A DNA stretch of 32,000 nt from Xanthomonas campestris pv. campestris str. ATCC 33913. Lineage in GTDB: Bacteria > Pseudomonadota > Gammaproteobacteria > Xanthomonadales > Xanthomonadaceae. Of this stretch, positions 10,700-18,835 are shown in pieces. The stretch spans positions 550,325-582,324 of the forward strand of contig NC_003902.1 in the NCBI RefSeq assembly GCF_000007145.1. The letters are read 5' to 3'. The position numbers and the translations under genes are program-made. The notes below the pieces were generated by a model. The model was not told the DNA's origin. It made no database searches and saw nothing but the letters and a program-made list of their open reading frames with translations. Position 1 is the stretch's first letter, and each line of letters opens with the position of its first letter.

Positions 10700-13684
10700 A
10701 TGCGCGTCAGGGAAAGCACCATCGAGCAGGAGCTTGTCGAAAAGCTCGGGGGGCTCAAGTACACCCTGCGAGCTGACATTCGCAGCCGTGCTGCGCTCGA
10801 AGCCAATTTCCGCAAGCATTTCGAAGAGCTGAACCGGGTCGCCTTGACCAACGCCGAATTTCAGCGCTTGCTCGAAGAGGTCGTTACCGCCGATGTATTC
10901 AAAGCCGCGCACACCTTGCGCCACCGCAACGCTTTTACGCGCGACGACGGCACGCCGCTCAACTACACCTTGGTCAACATCAACGACTGGTGCAAGAACA
11001 CCTTCGAGGTTGCCAGCCAGCTCCGCATCAATACCGACGACAGCCACCATCGTTATGACGTCATCTTGCTCATCAATGGCGTGCCGGCGGTGCAAATCGA
11101 GCTGAAAACGCTAGGTATCAACCCGCGGAGGGCCATCGAGCAGATCGTCGAGTACAAACACGATGTCGGCAACGGTTACACACGCACACTGCTGTGTTTC
11201 ATCCAGCTGTTCATCGTGAGCAATCGTGACGCGACCTACTATTTTGCCAACAACAACGCGCGCCATTTCGCTTTCAATGCGGATGAGCGTTTTCTGCCCA
11301 TCTACCAGTACGCGGCGCCGGACAATAGCAAGATCAGCGGCTTGGATGCCTTTGCCGACGCCTTCCTGCCCAAGTGCACGCTGGGGCAGATAATCAGTCG
11401 CTACATGGTGTTGGTGGCCAGTGAGCAGAAGCTCTTGATGATGCGGCCTTACCAGATCTACGCGGTGAAGAACATTGTCGAGTGCATCGACAAGAACCTC
11501 GGCAACGGCTACATCTGGCACACCACCGGTAGTGGCAAGACGCTCACCAGCTTCAAGGCATCGACGCTGCTCAAGGCCAACCCCGCCATCGAGAAATGCC
11601 TGTTCGTGGTGGACCGCAAGGACTTGGATCGCCAGACCCGCGAGGAGTTCAATCGCTTCCAGGAGGGCTGCGTCGAGGAAAATACCAATACCGAATCAAT
11701 GGTGCGCCGCCTTGTCTCCGACGATGCCGCAGACAAGGTCATCGTCACCACCATCCAGAAGCTGGGCCGTGCATTGGATCCGGCCCGTGCCGACTACCGT
11801 CAGCACCTGGAGCCCTTGCGCGACCAGCGCATGGTGTTCATTTTCGATGAATGCCACCGTTCTCAGTTCGGCGAGAACCACCAGGCCATCAAGGAGTTCT
11901 TTCCCAAGGCCCAGCTATTCGGCTTCACCGGTACGCCGATCTTCGAGGACAACGCCAGCTACAGGCGCATCGAAGGCGACGAACAGACGCTGAAGACCAC
12001 CGAAGACCTGTTCCAACAGTCCCTGCACGAATACACCATCACCCACGCCATTGAGGACAGGAACGTCCTGCGTTTCCATGTGGACTACTACAAGCCTGAT
12101 GGCAAGAATGCGCCAAAGCCAGGCGAAACGCTGGCCAAACGCGCCGTGGTCGATGCCATCCTCAGCAAGCACGACGCCGCCACCGGCGGGCGACGCTTCA
12201 ACGCCCTCTTCGCTACTGCGTCGATCAACGACGCCATCGAGTATGTCGGGTTGTTCAAAGCCGCGCAGTTGGAAAAGCAGCAGGCTGACTCCGGCTACGT
12301 GCCGCTCAACATCGCTGCCGTGTTCTCGCCTCCCGGTGATATCAGCGCCGACGTGCGCCAGTTGCAGGAAGACCTGCCACAGGAGCAGGCAGACAACAGG
12401 ACAGACCCAGATGCCAAGAAGGCCGCATTGAAAGCCATCGTCGCCGACTATAACGTGCGCTTTGGCACCAACCACCGCATCGAGGAATTCGACGCGTACT
12501 ACCAGGACGTGCAGCAGCGCATCAAGGACCAGCAATTCCCCAACGCCGACCTGCCGATGAAAGGCCGCGAAAAGTTGGACATCGTAATCGTGGTGGACAT
12601 GCTGCTCACAGGCTTCGACAGCAAATATCTGAACACCCTGTACGTGGACAAGAACCTCAAGTACCACGGCCTGATTCAGGCGTTCAGCCGCACCAATCGC
12701 GTACTCAACGACACCAAGCCCTACGGCAACATCCTTGACTTCCGTAGCCAGCAATCGGCCGTGGATGCCGCCATCGCACTGTTCTCTGGCGCCAAGGCAG
12801 AAAAGGCGCGTGAAATCTGGCTGGTGGACACCGCCCCGGTAGTCATCGACAAACTCCAAAAGGCGCGCGCCAGCCTCGACAGCTTCCTTGCATCGCAAGG
12901 GCTGGGCGGCAAACCCGAAGACATCGCCAACCTCAAGGGCACGGCAGCCAAGGTCGCCTTCGTCAAGCACTTCAAGGACGTTCAGAAGCTGCAGACCCAG
13001 CTCGACCAGTACACCGATCTGACCGCCGAGCAACAGGCGCAGGTCGAGGCCATCCTGCCCAAGGACGAACTGCGTAGCTTTCGCGGTCAATACCTGCAAA
13101 AAGCCGAGGAACTGCGCGCCGACCAGAAGAAGGCCGGCGGGCTGGATGACGCTACACGCAACGACGTCGAGCAGCTCGATTTTGAGTTCGTGCTGTTCGC
13201 TTCCAGCACCATCGATTACGACTACATCATGAAGTTGATCGCCGATTATTCGGGTAAGGCGCCGGGCAAAGCCAGCATGAGCCGCGAGCAGTTGATCGGC
13301 CTGATTGCCAGTGATGCCAAGTTTGTCGACGAGCGTGAGGACATCAGCGCGTACGTGCGCGGGCTCAAAGCTGGCGAGGGACTGAGCGAGGAGGCCATCC
13401 GCGCCGGCTATGAGGCGTTCAAGGCAGAAAAAGCCGCCCAGGAAATGACCGCGCTCTCCGGCAGGCACGGCTTGCCGGTTGCCGACCTGCAGGCATTCGT
13501 CGATGCGGTTCTTGCCCGTCGCATCTTCGACGGCGAACGCCTCACCGAACTGCTGGCCCCGCTGGACCTTGGCTGGAAGGCGCGCACCCAGGCAGAACTG
13601 GCATTGATGCGCGATCTGCTGCCGCTGCTGCACAAACGTGCCGGTGGGCGTGAAATCGCTGGTCTGAAGGCGTACGAGAAATGA
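10700..13684 (+). CDS. hsdR: Type I restriction enzyme R subunit (EcoR124-like, type IC family)
   Basis: YIWHTTGSGKTLTSFKA, FVVDRKDLDRQT, VTTIQKL, VFIFDECHRSQFG, FGFTGTPIF, LLTGFDSKYLNTLYVDKNLKYHGLIQAFSRTNR are near-colinear with EcoR124I HsdR as I recall it. The ATG at 10700 has TGAGG upstream. Confidence 0.92.
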   Translation: MRVRESTIEQELVEKLGGLKYTLRADIRSRAALEANFRKHFEELNRVALTNAEFQRLLEEVVTADVFKAAHTLRHRNAFTRDDGTPLNYTLVNINDWCKNTFEVASQLRINTDDSHHRYDVILLINGVPAVQIELKTLGINPRRAIEQIVEYKHDVGNGYTRTLLCFIQLFIVSNRDATYYFANNNARHFAFNADERFLPIYQYAAPDNSKISGLDAFADAFLPKCTLGQIISRYMVLVASEQKLLMMRPYQIYAVKNIVECIDKNLGNGYIWHTTGSGKTLTSFKASTLLKANPAIEKCLFVVDRKDLDRQTREEFNRFQEGCVEENTNTESMVRRLVSDDAADKVIVTTIQKLGRALDPARADYRQHLEPLRDQRMVFIFDECHRSQFGENHQAIKEFFPKAQLFGFTGTPIFEDNASYRRIEGDEQTLKTTEDLFQQSLHEYTITHAIEDRNVLRFHVDYYKPDGKNAPKPGETLAKRAVVDAILSKHDAATGGRRFNALFATASINDAIEYVGLFKAAQLEKQQADSGYVPLNIAAVFSPPGDISADVRQLQEDLPQEQADNRTDPDAKKAALKAIVADYNVRFGTNHRIEEFDAYYQDVQQRIKDQQFPNADLPMKGREKLDIVIVVDMLLTGFDSKYLNTLYVDKNLKYHGLIQAFSRTNRVLNDTKPYGNILDFRSQQSAVDAAIALFSGAKAEKAREIWLVDTAPVVIDKLQKARASLDSFLASQGLGGKPEDIANLKGTAAKVAFVKHFKDVQKLQTQLDQYTDLTAEQQAQVEAILPKDELRSFRGQYLQKAEELRADQKKAGGLDDATRNDVEQLDFEFVLFASSTIDYDYIMKLIADYSGKAPGKASMSREQLIGLIASDAKFVDEREDISAYVRGLKAGEGLSEEAIRAGYEAFKAEKAAQEMTALSGRHGLPVADLQAFVDAVLARRIFDGERLTELLAPLDLGWKARTQAELALMRDLLPLLHKRAGGREIAGLKAYEK

Positions 13685-14973
13685 GCATGGGAAAGCAAGG
13701 GGTGAAGACGGCAGTGCCGAAGTTGCGGTTTCCGGAGTTTAGGCATTCCGAGGCCTGGGAGCTCAAGAAGTTGAGCTGCTTCCTCGTCGAACAGAAGAAG
13801 CGGAACAAAAACCTGAGTTTTGGCCCACAAGAGGTGCTGTCCGTCTCGGGTGAGCATGGGTGTGTCAATCAGATCGAGCTTCTTGGCCGATCATACGCGG
13901 GTGTCTCTCTTGCAAACTACCACGTCGTAGAAACGGGTGACATCGTTTATACAAAAAGCCCGCTTAAGAGAAATCCGTTTGGCATCATCAAAGAAAACAA
14001 AGGGAAGCCAGGCGTCGTATCCACACTCTATGCTGTCTATCGCACGACAGTTTTTGGGAATCCCGCGTTTTTGGATCACTATTTCTCTGGTGACTACAAC
14101 CTCAATAGTTACTTGCAGCCTATTGTCAGGAAGGGTGCAAAAAATGACATGAAGGTAAGTAATGCTGCAGTGCTCGCTGGAGAAGTGTTCGCCCCAGAAG
14201 TTGAAGAGCAGAAAAAAATTGCTGACTTCCTAACGTCGCTGGACGACTTGATTTCCGTGCAGGTGCTGAAAGTGGAGGCGCTGAAGGTTCACAAGCGCGG
14301 CTTGATGCAGGAACTCTTCCCCCGCGAAGGCGAAGCCAGCCCCCGCTTACGTTTTCCCGAGTTTAGTAATGCCTCAGGGTGGACTCTCGGCAAGGCAAGC
14401 GACATTATTGACGTGTTGCAAGGTTACGGTTTCCCCGAGAGGCTGCAGGGAGGCCGAGAGGGTAATTTTCCGTTCTACAAGGTTAGCGACATCTCGGCAT
14501 GCGTGGATGCCGGGGGCATCCTTCTAGACAAGGCTAATAACCACATTGATGCTGATGTTCTTGAGGAACTTCGTGCCAAGTTGATGCCAATTGGATCAAC
14601 AGTGTTCGCGAAGATCGGTGAGGCGATTCGTTCGAACAAGCGTGCGATCACGTCGCGACCTTGCCTTGTTGACAACAACGTGGCTGGGGTCAAGGCGATC
14701 ACAGGCTTGGCACATGATCGCTTTGTCTACTACATGTGGTGTCAGATTCCACTCATCGAGTACGCGGGCGGTGTGGTCCCAGCCGTGAAAAAGTCATTGA
14801 TGGAGCAGATTCCCGTGTGCTATCCAAAATTTGATGAGCAGCAACGTATCGCCGACTTCCTTTCTTCCCTGGATGCCAAGATCGCCGCCGAATTCGACCA
14901 GCTCGCCGCCCTCAGGACCCACAAGAAGGGCCTAATGCAGCAGCTGTTCCCTCTGAGTGAGGTCGGCTTGTGA
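13681..14973 (+). CDS. hsdS: Type I restriction-modification specificity subunit
   Basis: Two variable target-recognition halves are each preceded by (P)RLRFPEF. The conserved spacer helices are EEQKKIADFLTSLDDLI ... HKRGLMQELFP and DEQQRIADFLSSLDAKI ... HKKGLMQQLFP. The start overlaps the hsdR stop (ATGA). Confidence 0.9.
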   Translation: MSMGKQGVKTAVPKLRFPEFRHSEAWELKKLSCFLVEQKKRNKNLSFGPQEVLSVSGEHGCVNQIELLGRSYAGVSLANYHVVETGDIVYTKSPLKRNPFGIIKENKGKPGVVSTLYAVYRTTVFGNPAFLDHYFSGDYNLNSYLQPIVRKGAKNDMKVSNAAVLAGEVFAPEVEEQKKIADFLTSLDDLISVQVLKVEALKVHKRGLMQELFPREGEASPRLRFPEFSNASGWTLGKASDIIDVLQGYGFPERLQGGREGNFPFYKVSDISACVDAGGILLDKANNHIDADVLEELRAKLMPIGSTVFAKIGEAIRSNKRAITSRPCLVDNNVAGVKAITGLAHDRFVYYMWCQIPLIEYAGGVVPAVKKSLMEQIPVCYPKFDEQQRIADFLSSLDAKIAAEFDQLAALRTHKKGLMQQLFPLSEVGL

Positions 14974-16070
14974 CGCTGAATGAAATTGCCGGCACTTTGC
15001 GCGATAGCGATGCGCGAATCATTCTTGTCTATGCCTTCAATGCCACAGGCAAGACCCAGCTTTCCGTCGCCTACAAGAACGCGACGAAACAGGAGGATGG
15101 GGGGCATTCCGGAGTTTATTACAACGCGTACAGCGAAGACCTTTTCGTCTGGGATAACGATGAACAGAACGAAGGGGGGGGCATTCGGCTGAGGGTGCTG
15201 CCCAGTAGTTTAAGCCGATTTCATGCGTTGCTGACGGAAGATAATATTCGAGTAAAACTTAGGGCGTATAAACCGAAGTTCGGCTTTACTATAAATTTGC
15301 ACGAAGATGATCCGGAAAAGGGGGTTGAGTCAATCATATTCTTCATCCCGAGCCAGAATCCGGATGTGACTCAACTGCCTATTAAGATTTCTCGCGGTGA
15401 AGAACGTATATTTGTGTGGTGTTTCTTTCTTGCCTTGTTTGAAGTCGAAGGGTGGGCTGACCAACAGGCAAGCCATTTTTTCATCGACGATCCTGTTTCA
15501 AGCCTGGATGACCATAATATATTTATTACGGCGGCTACGCTTTTTGATCTCATCGAAAGCCATTTCAATAAGCGAAAAATATTTGTCACTACTCACCACC
15601 TTGGCCTTTTTTCGATCCTGAGCGACTGGCTCACAAAGGGGGAGCGGAAAGATAAATTCAAGAAGAATGGAAAGCCTCTTTACAATATTAATATTCTAAG
15701 CTCGAAGTCAGGTCAGCTCAAGTTAGAAAATTGTCGGAAAGACGTGTTCCTGTACCACCTTCGCATGCTTCAAGTGCTGTCTGGCGCCCGCAGTACCAAT
15801 GATGTTCGTGCCTACCACTTCGCTTTACTCCGTCAGGTTCTGGAAAACGTAGCGTCGTTTCTTGGTGTTGGGCAATTCGGATACGTGCTAGATCAGATCG
15901 GAATCAATGAACCTAATAGGGTCGCTGATATCGTCAATGCTCTATTGCACAAGAAAGTTTACTACTTCGAGTCGGATATCGTTGTTTCTGACAATTTAGA
16001 AATTTTCAATGAAGTGATGGATGGACTTCTTACGAAATACAACTTCGTGTTGCATGAGGCTGAGGCATGA
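14970..16070 (+). CDS. PrrC-like ABC-type ATPase (AAA_13-like), putative anticodon nuclease / abortive-infection effector
   Basis: GTG start in a GTGA overlap with the hsdS stop. Motifs: P-loop AFNATGKT (aa 22-29), ABC signature-like ISRGEERIF (140-148), Walker B/D-loop HFFIDDPVSSLD (169-180), H-loop TTHH (207-210). A C-terminal R288-x3-E292 ... H327 resembles the Arg-x3-Glu ... His triad described for EcoPrrC. The position after hsdS in a type IC locus matches the prr paradigm. This is the AT-richest gene in the window. Confidence 0.6.
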   Translation: MTLNEIAGTLRDSDARIILVYAFNATGKTQLSVAYKNATKQEDGGHSGVYYNAYSEDLFVWDNDEQNEGGGIRLRVLPSSLSRFHALLTEDNIRVKLRAYKPKFGFTINLHEDDPEKGVESIIFFIPSQNPDVTQLPIKISRGEERIFVWCFFLALFEVEGWADQQASHFFIDDPVSSLDDHNIFITAATLFDLIESHFNKRKIFVTTHHLGLFSILSDWLTKGERKDKFKKNGKPLYNINILSSKSGQLKLENCRKDVFLYHLRMLQVLSGARSTNDVRAYHFALLRQVLENVASFLGVGQFGYVLDQIGINEPNRVADIVNALLHKKVYYFESDIVVSDNLEIFNEVMDGLLTKYNFVLHEAEA

Positions 16071-17077
16071 GCGCGCTAATCCTCTACACCAGCGAAGATG
16101 GCAAGAGCCGCATCCAGTTGCGCGCCGAAGGCCAGACCGTTTGGCTGACGCAGGCGCAGATGGCGGAGCTGTTCGACGTCACTACCGACACCATCAGTCT
16201 GCACCTGAAAAACATCTTTTCAGACAATGAGTTGGAGCCTGAACGAACTACCGAGGAATCCTCGGTGGTTCAGCGGGAGGGTGCGCGCGAGGTGCGCCGG
16301 CCGGTCACGCTCTACAACCTCGACGCCATTCTGGCGGTCGGTTACCGCGTGCGATCAAAGCGCGGGGTACAGTTCCGCCGTTGGGCCAGCACCGCGCTCA
16401 AGGAATATCTGCTCAAGGGCTTCGTCATGGACGATGAGCGCCTGAAGAACCCGGATGGCCGTCCCGATCACTTCGACGAGATGCTGTCCCGCATCCGCGA
16501 CATCCGTGCCTCGGAAAAGCGCTTCTATCAAAAAGTACGCGAACTGTTTGCTCTGAGCGTTGACTACGACAAGACCGACCGCGCAACGCAGGTCTTCTTC
16601 GCCACCGTGCAAAACCAATTGCTCTATGCAGTGACTGGGCAGACCGCCGCCGAACTCATCATGGCCCGCGCCAACCCCGACGATCCACATTTCGGCCTGC
16701 GCGCATGGAGCGGTGGGCGCGTGCGCAAGCAGGACATTCTGATCGCCAAGAACTACCTGAGTGAGGATGAGATCGACACCCTCAACCGTCTGGTGACCAT
16801 CTTCCTGGAGACTGCAGAGCTGCGCGCCAAGAATCGCCAGGAGATCCCCATGCGCTTCTGGAGGGAAAACGTCAGCCAGATCATTAGTTCCAATGACTTC
16901 CCCTTGCTGGCCAATGCCGGTTCTGTCAGTCACGCACGGATGGAGACGGAAGCCAACGCGCGCTATTTCGCCTTCGACGAGCAGCGCAAGCAGCAGGAGG
17001 CGCTGGCCGCCGATGCTGCTGACACTACCGAACTTGCCGCCATCGAAAATAAGATTAAACGACGCTTGAAACCATGA
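16067..17077 (+). CDS. RhuM-family protein (function unknown; N-terminal HTH-like region)
   Basis: ILYTSEDGKSRIQLRAEGQTVWLTQAQMAELF, LDAILAVGYRVRSKRGVQFRRWAS, IRASEKRFYQKV and FFATVQNQLLYAVTGQTAAELI are typical of the Virulence_RhuM family as I recall it. ATGA overlaps occur at both ends. Confidence 0.8.
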   Translation: MSALILYTSEDGKSRIQLRAEGQTVWLTQAQMAELFDVTTDTISLHLKNIFSDNELEPERTTEESSVVQREGAREVRRPVTLYNLDAILAVGYRVRSKRGVQFRRWASTALKEYLLKGFVMDDERLKNPDGRPDHFDEMLSRIRDIRASEKRFYQKVRELFALSVDYDKTDRATQVFFATVQNQLLYAVTGQTAAELIMARANPDDPHFGLRAWSGGRVRKQDILIAKNYLSEDEIDTLNRLVTIFLETAELRAKNRQEIPMRFWRENVSQIISSNDFPLLANAGSVSHARMETEANARYFAFDEQRKQQEALAADAADTTELAAIENKIKRRLKP

Positions 17078-18690
17078 CCAAAGACGACCAAAAAGAACTT
17101 GGTAAAACTCTGTGGGCGATTGCCGACCAGTTGCGCGGAAGCATGAATGCCGACGACTTCCGCGACTACATGTTGTCCTTCTTGTTTTTGCGCTACCTGT
17201 CGGATAACTACGAGGCTGCGGCAAAGAAGGAGCTTGGCTCGGACTATCCCGACGCGAAGACCATCGGTAATAGCGACAAGACTCCGCTGTCGGTGTGGTA
17301 CGCGTCCAATCCGGGCGATGTAGCCGCATTCGAGCAACAGATGCGGCGCAAGGCGCATTACGTCATCAAACCTAAGTACTTGTGGGGCAATATCGTCAAT
17401 CTGGCGAAGAAACAAAACCACGATCTGCTCGACACCTTACAGCAAGGCTTCAAACACATTGAGGAAGATTCGTTCGAGAGCGAGTTTCAGGGCTTATTCT
17501 CGGAGATCAACCTTGCTTCGGACAAGCTTGGCAGAAAGTACGACGACCGCAACGCCAAGCTGTGTTCGATCATCAGCGAAATTGCGCGCGGCATGGCGCT
17601 GTCTGCCAAGACGGATTCGCTGGGCGATGCTTACGAGTACCTGATCGGCCAGTTCGCGGCCGGCTCCGGCAAGAAGGCTGGCGAGTTCTATACGCCGCAA
17701 GAGATCTCCAACATCCTGTCCGCCATCGTCACCCTCGACAGCCAGGAGCCGAAAACCGGCCCGCGCGGCAAGTTGGATAGCGTGTTCGATTTCGCTTGCG
17801 GCTCAGGCTCGCTACTGCTCAATATCCGTAATCGTATGACGAACAGTGGCGGCAGCATCGGTAAGATCTACGGGCAGGAATACAACGTCACCACCTACAA
17901 CCTTGCGCGCATGAACATGCTGTTGCACGGGGTAAAGGACACCGAGTTCGAGATCTATCACGGCGACACGCTGAAGAACGACTGGGACTGGCTGCGCGAA
18001 ACCAATCCGGCAAAAAAGCCCCGTTTCGACGCCGTGGTCGCGAATCCGCCTTTCAGCTATCGCTGGGAGCCGGGCGAAGCGATGGCGCAAGACGCGCGCT
18101 TCAAGAACCACGGCGTGGCGCCCAAGAGCGCAGCCGATTTCGCCTTCCTTCTGCACGGTCTGCAGTACCTGAAAGACGATGGCGTGATGGCGATCATCCT
18201 ACCGCACGGCGTGTTGTTTCGCGGTGGCAAGGAGGCCGACATCCGCCGCAAGCTACTGGACGACGGCCATATCGACACGGTGATCGGCCTGCCGGCTAAC
18301 CTGTTCTACTCCACCGGCATTCCGGTATGCATTCTGGTGCTGAAGAAATGCAAGAAACCGGATGACGTGCTGTTCATCAACGCAGCCGGTCACTTCGCTA
18401 AGGGCAAGCGCCAGAATCAACTGACAGACGAACACATTCAGCGGATCGTCAACACGTACCAGAACCGGAACAAGCAGGATCGCTATTCCCGGTGCGTGTC
18501 GATGAAAGAGATCGCCGACAAGGACTACAACCTCAATATTTCGCGTTATGTCAGCACCGCAGAAGCCGACAAGGAGATCGTTCTTGAGGCCGTGCATGCC
18601 GATTTGACGGCGATCGAATCGAGGCTCGAAGAGTCGAAGAAGCGCCACAATGCCTTTCTTGTCGAGCTTGGGCTCAAGCCCCTGCCGTGA
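17074..18690 (+). CDS. hsdM: Type I restriction-modification DNA methyltransferase subunit
   Basis: HsdM N-terminal domain (LWAIADQLRGSMNADDFRDYMLSFLFLRYLS), an AdoMet motif (DFACGSGSLLL) and the catalytic NPPF (VVANPPFSYRW). Confidence 0.92.
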   Translation: MTKDDQKELGKTLWAIADQLRGSMNADDFRDYMLSFLFLRYLSDNYEAAAKKELGSDYPDAKTIGNSDKTPLSVWYASNPGDVAAFEQQMRRKAHYVIKPKYLWGNIVNLAKKQNHDLLDTLQQGFKHIEEDSFESEFQGLFSEINLASDKLGRKYDDRNAKLCSIISEIARGMALSAKTDSLGDAYEYLIGQFAAGSGKKAGEFYTPQEISNILSAIVTLDSQEPKTGPRGKLDSVFDFACGSGSLLLNIRNRMTNSGGSIGKIYGQEYNVTTYNLARMNMLLHGVKDTEFEIYHGDTLKNDWDWLRETNPAKKPRFDAVVANPPFSYRWEPGEAMAQDARFKNHGVAPKSAADFAFLLHGLQYLKDDGVMAIILPHGVLFRGGKEADIRRKLLDDGHIDTVIGLPANLFYSTGIPVCILVLKKCKKPDDVLFINAAGHFAKGKRQNQLTDEHIQRIVNTYQNRNKQDRYSRCVSMKEIADKDYNLNISRYVSTAEADKEIVLEAVHADLTAIESRLEESKKRHNAFLVELGLKPLP

Positions 18691-18835
18691 AATTTTAGCC
18701 AGACTGCCGAAGTGTCCGAGTTCATCGGATAATGTCGGTTTAAGGTCGTTCGACGGTTGCCCAGGCGTGAAGTCAAGTCTGTATCCGCCGTTGAAATCCT
18801 GAAATATCTTTTGAAAATCAGCGTGGTGAAGAGAC

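Larger units (their letters stand above)
10197..18835. other. Horizontally acquired lower-GC block (defence island) inserted between the aldolase gene and trpG
   Basis: The sequence is visibly AT-richer than the flanks, most strongly from about 13.7 to 16.1 kb. It contains only a gene fragment and a Type I R-M operon with two accessory genes. The flanks are same-strand trp pathway genes. No integrase or transposase is seen. Confidence 0.6.

Noticed and set aside
11915-13633. 572-aa minus-strand ORF inside hsdR
   Set aside because: It is antisense to hsdR, whose helicase motifs are unambiguous. It has no motifs of its own.
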